A stretch of 63,989 nt of DNA, filler included, from an uncultured Acidimicrobiia bacterium (GCA_964347285.1; 3 parts of 3 records of this genome joined end to end with filler, not necessarily neighbours in it); one strand, 5' to 3'; shown: positions 48,773 through 59,027, counted from the first letter of the whole stretch. The notes: a model not told the origin generated them from the sequence alone. Numbers and translations: made by a program.

Positions 48773-48949
48773 CCTTCCCGGACCCGGTTGGGCGGAATCT
48801 CCCGGACTTCCGGCGATGCCGAGGCGTCCTGGACCGTGCCTGTCGGAGCGACCCTCTCCTCGAATCCGGCCGCCGTCGAGCTGCCGGACGGCCGACTGGC
48901 CCTGGCCGCCGGGCGTTCCGATGGAGTGCTGCGGGTCTGGATGCCGTAG
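48773..48949 (+). pseudogene. Probable orphan 3' part of the lipoprotein broken at ~45800
   Basis: Start-less frame PSRTRLGGISRTSGDAEASWTVPVGATLSSNPAAVELPDGRLALAAGRSDGVLRVWMP*, a beta-propeller-type C-terminus. Confidence 0.6.
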
Positions 48950-49074
48950 CGGTCCGAGACGAGCCGCCGAAGGCCGGCGCTTCCTGCGGGTCCGGACCCG
49001 ATGGAGCATGAGCCTTTTGGCCCTGGTCGGGTCGGGCCGGGCGGGGCCAAATGGTGGTGAAAAGGAGGGATGCC

Positions 49075-49728
49075 ATGGCTGCAAAGGCCGACGAGCGCAT
49101 CAACGTGCGCGGCAAGTCCATCACGACATTCATCGCCTACGAGGCCGCCGGCACGCTGAAACGGATGAAGCAAGGTCAGGTCCTCGAGGTCATCGCCGAT
49201 GCTTCTGAGCCCATCCGCAACGACCTGGAAGCGTGGACCCGGGCCGTCGGCCACCGCTTGCTCGATGTGGAGCAGGACGATGGGTTCGCCCGCTACTTCA
49301 TCGAGCGGGGGTATCCCAAGGAGAACAACCGCAACTTGGCAATGGTGGTCAGTAACCCGGGTCTGGAGGAGCTGTTGTCGCCGCTGGCGTTCGCCTTGGC
49401 CGCCGCCCTCGAAGGGGCCGAGGTCCACATCTACTTTCAGGGTCCGGCGGTGCGAGTGTTGACCCGCGACTTCCGGGCCCATCTCCCGGGGCTGAGGCGC
49501 ATCTTCAGCCCATTTGCCCGGCGGGGAATGGAGAAAACGGGCCATATCGCTCCCCAGGACAAGCTGCGCCAGCTGCGGGAGTTGGGGGCCCATTTCTATG
49601 CCTGCGGAGGATCGATGGACCACTACCGGGTCCGCAAGGAGGATTTCCTCTTCGACGACGTCCCGGTCGTCGAATACCTCACCTTCATGGAGGTGATGGC
49701 GGGCACCTGCGCCCAGATGTATGTCTGA
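49075..49728 (+). CDS. TusA-like + DsrE/DsrF-like fusion protein
   Basis: N-terminal TusA-like fold (INVRG...GQVLEVIAD...DLEAW...GH), C-terminal DsrE (IYFQGPAV...YACGGS); RBS aggagg. Confidence 0.8.
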   Translation: MAAKADERINVRGKSITTFIAYEAAGTLKRMKQGQVLEVIADASEPIRNDLEAWTRAVGHRLLDVEQDDGFARYFIERGYPKENNRNLAMVVSNPGLEELLSPLAFALAAALEGAEVHIYFQGPAVRVLTRDFRAHLPGLRRIFSPFARRGMEKTGHIAPQDKLRQLRELGAHFYACGGSMDHYRVRKEDFLFDDVPVVEYLTFMEVMAGTCAQMYV

Positions 49729-49755
49729 GTCGCGCCCGGAAGCACCAGGGGCGCG

Positions 49756-50382
49756 ATGGCGGTACGTCTGACACGGGTCCTGCCGTGGCTGGCCGTGGGG
49801 CACCTGGTGTACTCGTGGGTGGTGCGGCCCCGGCATCTGCGCTGGGGCGCCACCGCCGCTGAGCTGCACCGTCCCATGCCGGGGACGAGCTGGTGCCCCA
49901 ACGGCGCTGTCCGCCACCCGGGCAATCAGGATCGGGGCGGCCCCGGCCCGGATCTGGCCGTGGCTGGTGCAGATGGGCGGCTACAGCCGGGCCGGCTGGT
50001 ACTCCTACGACCGGAGCGACAGCCTCGCCGGATCGTGCCGGAGCTGCAGCGACTCGAGGTGGGTGACGTCATGCTCACGCGCCGGGCCGGCTTCCGGGTG
50101 GAAGCCATCGATCCGGAGCGGTCGCTCGTGCTGGCGGCGCCGGAGGACGCCACCGTGATCCCCAGCGTGTTCGAGCTGTGCCCGGTGGGCTCCAACGAGA
50201 CCCGGCTCGTCAACCGGCTGCGCTGCTACTTCCCGCCCGGGATACGCTCCCAGCTGTTTGCGCTGCTCTTCGATGTCGGCGACTTCGTGATGATGCCCAA
50301 GATGCTGCTGGGCATCAAGGAGCGGGCCGAGGATGCGGCGCAACGGGAAGGCCGGTCTCGGCTCCCCGAGGCGATCGCCTGA
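49756..50382 (+). pseudogene. SRPBCC-like protein with internal compensating frameshifts
   Basis: Conserved WGAT...PG(D)EL / ATRAI.I.A....IWPWLVQMG..RAGWYSYD / RIVPELQ.L.VGD segments lie in three different frames. Confidence 0.7.
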
Positions 50383-50464
50383 ATGCTGTCTCTCCAATGC
50401 CTCAGCGGGGGCGGCCCCGTCCCCGGCGATGAGGACCCGTCGAGTACGCCTAACGTGACGCTCT

Positions 50465-51890
50465 GTGACACAGAGTCTGCGTAGTCTGCTGGCCGACCAG
50501 CGCCGGCCCGGGAGCTTCACCGGGCTGATGGTGATGGCGCTCCTGGTGGGGGCGGGTGTGGGCGTGTTCACCGCGCTGTTGGTGTGGGGCATCGATCTCG
50601 TCGCCGACGGCACCCGGGAGCTGGCCGAGGCGCTGCCGGCCGACTGGCTGTGGATGTTCATCACCGTGCCCGCCGGGCTGGCGGCCGCCTGGTGGCTGGC
50701 CCGGCGCTTCGGCCCGGAGGCAGCCGGCGACGGGGTGCCCGAGGTGATGGCCGAGTTGACCGTGCGGGGCGGCTACGTCCGGACCCGACTGGCTCCCCTC
50801 AAGACCGTCGTCACCAGCCTCACGCTGGGCAGCGGCGGCTCGGCCGGCCGGGAGGGGCCCATCGTACAGATCGGAGCATCGGTGGGCTCGACGGTGGCCC
50901 GGTGGGCCCACCTCGGCGAGGATCGGGTCCGCAGCCTGGTGGCGGCCGGGGCCGGGGCCGGCATCGGGGCCAGCTTCAATGCTCCCATCGCCGGGATGCT
51001 GTTCGCCATGGAGGTGCTGTTGGGGGGCTTTGCCATCCGCCATCTCCACACGGTGGTCGTGTCCTCGGTGACGGCGGCGGTGGTGAGCCGGAGCCTCATC
51101 GGCGAAGAACTGACGTTTCCCATCGTCAGGTACCCGCTCAGCGACCCCCGCGAGCTGCTCGCCTACGGCGCCCTGGGCCTGCTGGCGGTGGTGGCCGCTT
51201 ACCTGTTTCTGCGGACCCTGGGATTCATGGAGCAAGCCCCGGTCCGCCTGGCCGGGCTGCCACGATGGAGCCTTCCCGTCCTGCTCGGCCTGGTGGTGGC
51301 GGCGGTGGGGTTGGCCTCGGCCGGGCTGACCGAGGAGACCGATGCACTGTCTCCGCCGGCGCTCGGGACCGGACAGGACTTCATCGGTTTCCTGCTCACC
51401 TCGGGCTCCTCGGCGGTGTGGTGGATCCTGTTCGGGCTGGCCGGACTCAAGATCCTGGCCACCTCTTCCACGTTGGGCGCCCGCGCCTCGGGGGGCGCTT
51501 TCGCTCCCAGCCTGTTCGTGGGCGCGGCGGTGGGGGCCGGCTTTGCCGCGTTGCTCGAGCCGGTGTGGGGGTTCTCCGAGTTGCGCAGCGGCGCATTCGC
51601 CTTGGTGGGGATGTCGGCCGTGTTCGCCGCGGTGGCCCGGGCCCCGCTGACGTCGATCATCATCGTCTTCGAGATCACCCAGGATTACGGCCTGGTCCTG
51701 CCGCTGATGTTGGCCACGACGCTGGCCACCATCCTCACCGAGCGTCTGCATGCTGAAAGCGCTTACAGCATGGCACTGCGCCGCATGGGGATACGACTGA
51801 CCCGGCGCAGCGAGGTGGACATCCTCGACACCGTCTCCGTGGCCGAGGCCATGTCCGAAGTGCCGGTCACCATCCATCCTGCGGCGCCGT
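50465..51890 (+). CDS. ClC chloride channel/H+ antiporter with start of CBS domain, 3'-truncated at the scaffold end
   Basis: GDGVPE, GSAGREGP, FNAPIAG, GGAFAP, APLT, FEIT. Confidence 0.92.
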
Positions 51891-51990
51891 NNNNNNNNNN
51901 NNNNNNNNNNNNNNNNNNNNNNNNNNNNNNNNNNTTAATTAATTAANNNNNNNNNNNNNNNNNNNNNNNNNNNNNNNNNNNNNNNNNNNN
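51891..51990. other. Artificial scaffold-joining spacer (N44-TTAATTAATTAA-N44)
   Basis: Same linker as 26061-26160. Confidence 0.95.
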
Positions 51991-51992
51991 CG

Positions 51993-52370
51993 ACGCCGTA
52001 CTCGGCCCATGCCCCCGACTTCAGCCGTGAGGCCCTGGCCGAGGCATGCTCGATCGCCGGAATGGGCTACCGGTGGTTCGGCGACCACCTCGGCGGCCGG
52101 CCCTCCGACCCCGGGCTCCGCAACGAGCGAGGGGCCACCGACTGGGCCCGCCTCGCCGCACAGCCGGGCTTCCAGGGCTCCCTCGCCGAGGTGGCCCGAC
52201 TGGCTCGCGACGGCGGCGTGGTGCTGCTGTGCGCCGAAGTAGATCCGGATCGCTGCCACCGGTCCTTCTTGCTCGCTCCCGAGATGGAACGGCGCGGGTT
52301 TGCCGTCCGGCACATCCTCTCCGACGGCTCCTGGCGCGCTCACCAGCCCGACCTGTTCGGCGATGACTAG
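51993..52370 (+). CDS. DUF488 family protein, 5'-truncated
   Basis: PYS..APDF, LGGRP, LLCAE.DP.RCHR, HI. Confidence 0.85.
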   Translation, partial: TPYSAHAPDFSREALAEACSIAGMGYRWFGDHLGGRPSDPGLRNERGATDWARLAAQPGFQGSLAEVARLARDGGVVLLCAEVDPDRCHRSFLLAPEMERRGFAVRHILSDGSWRAHQPDLFGDD

Positions 52371-52876
52371 AGCACCGAGAGCTCCAGCACCATCGTCCGC
52401 GCCCCCTCGTCGCCCCCCACTTCGCGAAACCCGAGTCGTCGATAGAGGCGGAGGGCCGGATTGTCGGGCTCGACGCTGAGGCTGAGCGCCCCGAAGCCGG
52501 ACGGCCCGGCAGCCCGGATGAGGGCTTCCAGCAGCGCGCCGCCCACACCGCGCCCCCGCCATCCATCCGCCACGGCGACCGAGAGCTCCGGGATGTCTTC
52601 GGCCACGAAGCCGAAGCCCGGTTCGTCGGCCTCGAAGAGCCGGAACCAGGCCGCTCCAATGGACAGCCCGTCACCGTCGACTGCAACCATGGCACGGTCG
52701 CCGGCCCGGCCCCAGCCGTCGAGGTAGCGGGCCAGCTTCGGATCACCGAGGAGCTCTTCGGGAGACGGGTGAGCGATGCCGGCACGCCAGGTGAGGGCCT
52801 CATACAGCATGGCCCGCAGGAAGGGAAGATCTGCGGGCCCGCCTTCCCGTACCGAGAAGCCGGCCGAATCCGTCAT
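52367..52876 (-). CDS. GNAT acetyltransferase
   Basis: GAAWFR, PELSVAV, RGRGVG, LSVEPDNPA.RLY.RLGF. Confidence 0.92.
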   Translation of the reverse strand: MTDSAGFSVREGGPADLPFLRAMLYEALTWRAGIAHPSPEELLGDPKLARYLDGWGRAGDRAMVAVDGDGLSIGAAWFRLFEADEPGFGFVAEDIPELSVAVADGWRGRGVGGALLEALIRAAGPSGFGALSLSVEPDNPALRLYRRLGFREVGGDEGARTMVLELSVL

Positions 52877-52899
52877 GGGTATTCGATACCGTACGCACG

Positions 52900-55884
52900 A
52901 TGGGCGGAGAATGGAGGATCGATCCGGAGGCGTGGCCCGAGGCCGTCGCCGATACCGATGGCCCCCAGCTGGTCGTTGCCGGCCCGGGCACCGGCAAGAC
53001 CGAGTTCCTGGTGCGGCGTGCCCTGCACCTCATCAACGCCGCCGACGTCCCACCGGAGAAGCTCCTGCTGCTGAGCTTCTCGAGACGAAGCGCCGCCGAT
53101 CTCCGCTCCCGGGTCGAGGCCGGGCTGGACCGCTCCTTTGCCGAGGTAGCCGCGTCCACCTTCCATTCGTTGGCCTACCGGCTGCTGGAGACGTATGCCC
53201 TCGAAGCGTTCGGCTGGTGGGAGATGCCCACGCTGCTCACCTCCCCCGAGCACGTCGAGCTGATCTCCCAACTGCTCGGAGAGGAGAGGCGGCGCGACTG
53301 GCCGGTGCTGCTCAGAACCCTCCTCACCACCCGCACCTTTGCCGAAGAGGTCGCCGACTTCGTCCTGCGCTGCCGAGAGCAGCTCATCGAGCCCAACGAG
53401 CTGGCCGAACGTGCCGAACACCGAACCCTGTGGCGGGCCCTGCCCGGGTTCCTGGTCCGCTACTCGGAAACCCTCAAGGCCCAGCACCGCATCGACTACG
53501 GCACGTTGCAGGCCCAGGCCGTGCGGCTGCTCGAGGACCAAGCCGTCGTGGAGTCCCTGACCGAACGCTTCGGCTACATCCTCGTCGACGAGTACCAGGA
53601 CACGACCGTGGCCCAGGCCCGCATCCTCGAGCGCCTGTATCGACCGCATCGCAATCTCACCGTCGCCGGTGATCCCTACCAGTCCATCTACAGCTTCCGG
53701 GGCACTGAGCTGGGCAACGTCGAGGACTTCCGGCGCCGTTTCACCCACGCCGACGGCGTGCCGGCCCGCCGCCTGGTCCTGACGACTTCATTCCGTGTGC
53801 CGGCTGAGATCCTGGCCGCCGCCGAGCGAGTCACCGCCGCCGGCGCGCTGCCCGGGGCAGCCGGAGTGGTCGCCCCGGCTCCCGGCCGGGGTTCGGTCGA
53901 GACCTACGGCTTCAATCAGCAGAGTCACGAAGCCGAGTGGATCGCCTCCGAGCTGCAACGAATCCACCTCACCGAAGCCGTCCCTTACCGGGCCATGGCG
54001 GTCCTGGTCCGCTCCAAGCGTCATTTCCTCCAGGAGCTGTCCCGGGCCCTCGATCGCCGCCGCATCCCGCATGACCGGCCCGGCCGGCGCCTGGCCGACC
54101 ACCCGGCGGTGCGGCTCGTTCTCGATGTCGTCGTCGCCGCCACCTCGACCGGCGACGATCGAGATCACGCCGTCGAGCGACTGCTGCTGGGCCCTCTGTT
54201 CGCCCTGTCGCTGGGTCGCTGGCGGGAGCTCCAGCGGCTCCGAATCAGGGGCGAGCTGTCGTGGCCCGAGATGCTGAGGGCCCAGCTCCCCGACGGCGCA
54301 CCCCTGGCCGGCCTCATCGAGGACGCCGAGTGGGCGCGCCTGCGGCCGGCCGCCGATGGGTTCTGGCACCTCTGGTCCACCCTGCCCCAGCTCGTTCCCC
54401 TCGCCACCGCCGGCCGGAACAGCGACGAACGGCAAGGGTGGTCGTCGCTGTCCCAGGTGCTGGCCCGGCTGCGGGAGCGCAACCCGGGGGCCACTCTCGC
54501 CGACTACCTGCGTCTGACCGAGGAAGAGGAATTCGAGGCCACCCCACTGCTCGGCTTTCGCAGTCCGCAAGAGGATCGCCTCACTTTGACCACCCTGCAT
54601 CAGGCCAAGGGCCTGGAGTTCGAGGCGGTGTTCATCGCCGACGCCGTCGAGGGGGTGTTTCCGGATCTGCGACCGCGCGCCTCTCTCCTCGAGGCCCGCT
54701 TGCTGGCCACGTCGCAACCGGCCGATCGCACCGAGTACGCACGATTTCGCCTCCAGGAGGAGATGCGCCTGGCCTACACCGCCATGTGCCGGGCCCGATC
54801 GCGGGTGGTCTGGACCGCCACCATGGCCGGGCCCGAGGAGGGACAGGGCGCCCCCAGCCGCTTTCTGGCCGCCGCCGCGGCAACGGCCACCGTCGCTGCC
54901 GCCTTGCACTCCCCCGAAGAACGGACCGATCCCGCTACTCCTCTCGAGGCAGAAGCGTGGCTCCGTCGCATCGTGCGCGATCCCGCCTCCGGAGAAGCCC
55001 GGCGGCTGGCGGCGATGACACTCCTGGCCCGGGGCCCCGAGCACGGGCTGCGGGATCCCGATCATTTCGCCGGCGTGCGTCCGGCCGGACCCGACCGGGG
55101 AGTCCTGCCGTCTCACCACACGCTGTCGCCCAGCCAGGCGGAGTCGTACGCCGAGTGCCCCCGCCGCTACGTCCTCGAGAAGCGGCTTCGGGTCGGCGAC
55201 GAGACCACCGTCTACTTGGCTTTCGGAACGCTGATCCATGAGGTACTGGAAACCGCCGAGCGAGGGGCCGCCGGGCGGGGCGAGGGCCGGAGCACGGTCG
55301 AGGAGGCACTGGCGGTCCTCGATGATCGCTTCCAGCCCCTCGACTTCGGCGGCCCTCCCTGGGCCGACGCCTGGCTGACCCGGGCCAGGCGGGCCCTGGA
55401 GCAGCTGTACGCCCACTGGCCGCCGGATTCCGGAAGGCCCATTGCCCTGGAGCACCCGTTCGAGATCGAGCTGGGCGGGGCGACCTGGCGGGGCCGGGCC
55501 GACCGCATCGAACGCGGCGCGACCGGCGTTCGGATCGTCGACTACAAGACCGGGACGCGCATGCCCACCCAGGAACGAGCCGCTACCTCTCTCCAACTGG
55601 GCTTCTACTCGGTCGCGACAACGAGCGATCCCTTCGTGGCCGCCCACGGCTCGGTGGTGGCCGCCGAGATGTGGTTTCTCTCCCATCACCGTGACCGCAA
55701 GTCCGTCTACACCCGCAGCCTCGACCTGGCCCTCCTCGACGAGGTCGAGGCCGAGCTCGCCGGCATCGCCGAATCGATCGCCGCCGAAGACTGGGAGCCG
55801 ACCCCGGGCGACGGCTGCGATCGCTGCCGGGTGAGGCTGGTGTGCCCGGCGTGGCCTCAGGGCAGGGAGGCGTTCCAGCCATGA
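52900..55884 (+). CDS. adnA: UvrD-like helicase + PD-(D/E)XK nuclease, AdnA-like
   Basis: AGPGTGKT, VDEYQD, GDPYQSIY.FRG, HQAKGLEF, GRADR, VDYKTG, Q..Y, C...CDRC...CP. Confidence 0.85.
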   Translation: MGGEWRIDPEAWPEAVADTDGPQLVVAGPGTGKTEFLVRRALHLINAADVPPEKLLLLSFSRRSAADLRSRVEAGLDRSFAEVAASTFHSLAYRLLETYALEAFGWWEMPTLLTSPEHVELISQLLGEERRRDWPVLLRTLLTTRTFAEEVADFVLRCREQLIEPNELAERAEHRTLWRALPGFLVRYSETLKAQHRIDYGTLQAQAVRLLEDQAVVESLTERFGYILVDEYQDTTVAQARILERLYRPHRNLTVAGDPYQSIYSFRGTELGNVEDFRRRFTHADGVPARRLVLTTSFRVPAEILAAAERVTAAGALPGAAGVVAPAPGRGSVETYGFNQQSHEAEWIASELQRIHLTEAVPYRAMAVLVRSKRHFLQELSRALDRRRIPHDRPGRRLADHPAVRLVLDVVVAATSTGDDRDHAVERLLLGPLFALSLGRWRELQRLRIRGELSWPEMLRAQLPDGAPLAGLIEDAEWARLRPAADGFWHLWSTLPQLVPLATAGRNSDERQGWSSLSQVLARLRERNPGATLADYLRLTEEEEFEATPLLGFRSPQEDRLTLTTLHQAKGLEFEAVFIADAVEGVFPDLRPRASLLEARLLATSQPADRTEYARFRLQEEMRLAYTAMCRARSRVVWTATMAGPEEGQGAPSRFLAAAAATATVAAALHSPEERTDPATPLEAEAWLRRIVRDPASGEARRLAAMTLLARGPEHGLRDPDHFAGVRPAGPDRGVLPSHHTLSPSQAESYAECPRRYVLEKRLRVGDETTVYLAFGTLIHEVLETAERGAAGRGEGRSTVEEALAVLDDRFQPLDFGGPPWADAWLTRARRALEQLYAHWPPDSGRPIALEHPFEIELGGATWRGRADRIERGATGVRIVDYKTGTRMPTQERAATSLQLGFYSVATTSDPFVAAHGSVVAAEMWFLSHHRDRKSVYTRSLDLALLDEVEAELAGIAESIAAEDWEPTPGDGCDRCRVRLVCPAWPQGREAFQP

Positions 55885-58800
55885 CCCCATCGCCCGAGCA
55901 ACAGGCGGTCATCGGCCATCCCCTAGAGCCGCTGCGGGTGACGGCGGGGGCCGGCACCGGCAAGACGACCACCATGGCGTGGCGACTGGCTTCCCTCGTC
56001 CGCAACCTGAGCCTGGCCCCCGAAGAGGCGCTCGGCATCACGTTCACCAACAAGGCGGCTCAGGAGCTGGCCGACCGCCTTCGATCCGAGCTGGCCGACT
56101 ACGCCGCCGAGGGACGACAGGTGGAGGTGGCCACCTACCACGGCTTCGCCCACTCCATCCTCACCGAATTCGGAGCCCTGGTCGGCGCCGAGCGGGGAGC
56201 CAAGGTCCTCACTCCCGGCTATACGCGCCAGCTACTGCGGGACGCGCTCGGTGGTGGCACCTACCGGGTCATCGACCTTTCGGCGGCCGGGCGCCGGGTG
56301 GAAGACCTCTCCAAGCTGGCCGGCCAGCTCGGGGACAACCTGGTCGACCCCGTCGCCCTCCCGGCCGGCGGCTCCGGCGACGTCGAGGCTGCACGGGCCG
56401 AGTTGGCGGAGGCGCTGGTCCGCTACAACGAAGCCAAGAAGCGCATCGGGGCGGTCGACTATGCCGACCTCATTCGTCTCGCCTATCGCTTGGTGAATGA
56501 TCATCCCGATGTCGCCGAGCGTATCCGCGCTCGATATCAGGTTCTCCTGCTCGATGAGTACCAGGACACCAACGCAGCCCAGCGGGAGCTGCTGCTCACC
56601 ATCTTCGGCGGAGGCTTCCCCGTCACCGCCGTCGGTGATGCCGACCAGACCATCTACGAATGGCGGGGGGCCTCCCGCCAGAATTTCGCCGAGTTCCCTC
56701 GCCACTTCCTCTGTCTCGACGGAACCGAAGCTCCCACCCGTCAACTCACCCTCAACCGTCGCTCCGATCGCCGCATCATCGACGTCGCCAACCTGGTGCG
56801 CACCCGCCTCGACACCTCCGAGGGGGTCGACGAGCTACGAGCCCTTCCCGACGCCGGGCCTGGCTTCGTCGGCCATGCATGGCTGCGGACCGCCGCCGAC
56901 GAGGCAGCGTGGATCGCCGCCACCGTGCGGCGGCTCCACGACGAGGAAGGACTGGCCTGGTCCGACATCGCGGTGCTGTTCCGCAAGAACGCCCAGATGG
57001 CGCAGGTCCGGCTCGCTCTCGAGGAAGCCGAGATTCCGGTAGAGGTGGCCGCCCTCGGCGGCCTGCTCGACGTCCCCGAGGTGGCCGACCTTCATGCCTG
57101 GCTGCGGCTGGTGGGCAAGTCCGACGATGCCACCTCCCTGGTGCGCATCCTCCTCGGCAGCTCCTACCGCCTGGGACTGGGAGATCTGGCTCCCCTGGCC
57201 GCCTGGGTGGTGGAGAACCGACGGGCCGACCAGGGCGACGAGCGGGAGGGAGTCCCGGGGTGGGCCCTGCTGGAGGCGGCCGACCGCTACACGGAGGTCG
57301 AAGGCCTCAGCGAGGAGGTCCGGCGTCGCCTGGGCCATTTCCGGGGCGTCTACCGGGAGCTGCTCCGTGAGGCTCAGGGTGTGACACTGGTCGAGCTGTG
57401 CCGGCGGATCCTCGACCGTTGCGGTGCCTGGCCCGAGGTGGAGGCGCTCGACCCCCCGGCTCGGCTGTCGGCCCGCCTCAACCTCTACCGCTTCCTCGAT
57501 CTCGCCGAGGAATGGAGCCCGATCGAGGGGCGGCCCTCTCTGACCGCCTTCCTCGACTACCTCGACCTCCTCCTCCAGGAGCAGGCCGGCGAGGAGCTGG
57601 ATACCGCCCGCCTCAGCGACGAGAACGCCGTCGCCCTGCTCACCGTCCATCGGGCCAAGGGTCTGGAATGGCCGGTGGTTTTCCTGCCCGCCCTGTGCGG
57701 AGGGACGTTTCCCGCCAAGTCGCTCGGCTTCGACAATCCGCTGACCCGGGCCCACTCCCTGCCGTATGAGCTGCGACTGGACTCGGAGATCTCCCCAGAA
57801 CTGACCGGAGATCGGAAAAGGGACTCCGAGCTCTTGCGGGCCGATCACGAGGCGCAGGAGTGGCGTACCGCCTACGTGGCGGTGACGCGCGCCATGCACC
57901 GTGTCTACGCCTCCGGGGCCTTCTGGTACACCGGCTCCACGCCCAAAGAGCCCGGCGAGCTGTTTGCCCTCATCGCCGATTTCCCGGCGTCTGAGCAACT
58001 CATCCGGGTCGCCGACCCCGGAGAGCCTCCCGGGCCCGGCCTCAGGCGGGGGCCATCCCCCGATCCCGATTTCGCCGAGGGATGGCTGGCGGCCCTCCAG
58101 GCGTCGATCGCCGACCCTTCCTGGCCGGAGGCCCAAGCCGGGCGCGACGGCAGGCTCGAGCCGTACCATGCCCAGATGGAGCAGCTGCGAATCACCCTCG
58201 ACGGGCTGCCCGAACCGCCTCCCGAGGAGGAGGCGCCCGGATTGTTCCGGACCTCGGTCACCGGCCTGGTGACCTATGCCACGTGCCCAAAGCGCTTCAT
58301 GTGGAGCGAGATCGACCCGCTCCCCCGCCGCCCCTCCGCGGCGGCGCGGCGCGGCATCGAACTGCACCGCCGCATCGAGCTGCACAACAGGGGCACCGTT
58401 CCTCTCGACGAAGACATCGAGGACCTGTACGACGTGGGGCCCGGGGAGGGGGCCGACGCCCCGGCGGCCGACGCCTTCTCGGCCTTCAAGGCCTCGCGTT
58501 TCGCCGCAGTCCGTCCGCTCTTCGTCGAGGTCCCGTTCGACCTCAGGCTGGGCGAGGCCAGGGTGCGGGGCCGGATCGACGCCGTGTACGACATGGAGAG
58601 CGGCTGGGAGATCGTCGACTTCAAGAGCGGGCGGCCGTCCGACGAGCCGGCCCGACGCGTCCAGCTCGAGGCCTATGCCGTAGCCGCCACCGACGTACCG
58701 TTCACCGCCGCCCGGCCGGACTCACTGAAGGTGACCTTCGCCTACCTCGGGAACGGCCTCACCGAGGTAAGCGAGGACGTCGACGAAGCCTGGCTGGGCT

Positions 58801-58946
58801 CCGCCCGCTCCCATCTCGAGGATCTCGTCGCCCGAGCTTCGAGCGACGATTACCCGGCCACCGCTTCGCCGGCCTGCCGTAGCTGCGACTTCCTGGGGCT
58901 GTGCGATCCCGGTCGTTCCTGGGTCGAGGAGCACGCCGGGGAATAG
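55881..58946 (+). CDS. adnB: UvrD-like helicase + PD-(D/E)XK nuclease, AdnB-like
   Basis: AGAGTGKT, TFTNKAA, LDEYQDT, HRAKGLEW, YVAVTRA, GRIDAV, VDFKSG, QLEAY; ATGA overlap with adnA. Confidence 0.87.
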   Translation: MTPSPEQQAVIGHPLEPLRVTAGAGTGKTTTMAWRLASLVRNLSLAPEEALGITFTNKAAQELADRLRSELADYAAEGRQVEVATYHGFAHSILTEFGALVGAERGAKVLTPGYTRQLLRDALGGGTYRVIDLSAAGRRVEDLSKLAGQLGDNLVDPVALPAGGSGDVEAARAELAEALVRYNEAKKRIGAVDYADLIRLAYRLVNDHPDVAERIRARYQVLLLDEYQDTNAAQRELLLTIFGGGFPVTAVGDADQTIYEWRGASRQNFAEFPRHFLCLDGTEAPTRQLTLNRRSDRRIIDVANLVRTRLDTSEGVDELRALPDAGPGFVGHAWLRTAADEAAWIAATVRRLHDEEGLAWSDIAVLFRKNAQMAQVRLALEEAEIPVEVAALGGLLDVPEVADLHAWLRLVGKSDDATSLVRILLGSSYRLGLGDLAPLAAWVVENRRADQGDEREGVPGWALLEAADRYTEVEGLSEEVRRRLGHFRGVYRELLREAQGVTLVELCRRILDRCGAWPEVEALDPPARLSARLNLYRFLDLAEEWSPIEGRPSLTAFLDYLDLLLQEQAGEELDTARLSDENAVALLTVHRAKGLEWPVVFLPALCGGTFPAKSLGFDNPLTRAHSLPYELRLDSEISPELTGDRKRDSELLRADHEAQEWRTAYVAVTRAMHRVYASGAFWYTGSTPKEPGELFALIADFPASEQLIRVADPGEPPGPGLRRGPSPDPDFAEGWLAALQASIADPSWPEAQAGRDGRLEPYHAQMEQLRITLDGLPEPPPEEEAPGLFRTSVTGLVTYATCPKRFMWSEIDPLPRRPSAAARRGIELHRRIELHNRGTVPLDEDIEDLYDVGPGEGADAPAADAFSAFKASRFAAVRPLFVEVPFDLRLGEARVRGRIDAVYDMESGWEIVDFKSGRPSDEPARRVQLEAYAVAATDVPFTAARPDSLKVTFAYLGNGLTEVSEDVDEAWLGSARSHLEDLVARASSDDYPATASPACRSCDFLGLCDPGRSWVEEHAGE

Positions 58947-59027
58947 TCGAAGCCGACGGCTCGCTCGTGCCACGGGATCGGCCCGGGACGGTGTACGCTC
59001 AGGAACCGCCACACCAGCGGGAGAACA

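Noticed and set aside
51993..58946. DUF488 + GNAT + two helicase-nucleases as a new anti-phage system
   Set aside because: The tandem pair matches housekeeping actinobacterial AdnAB; neighbours are not co-operonic and no island features are seen
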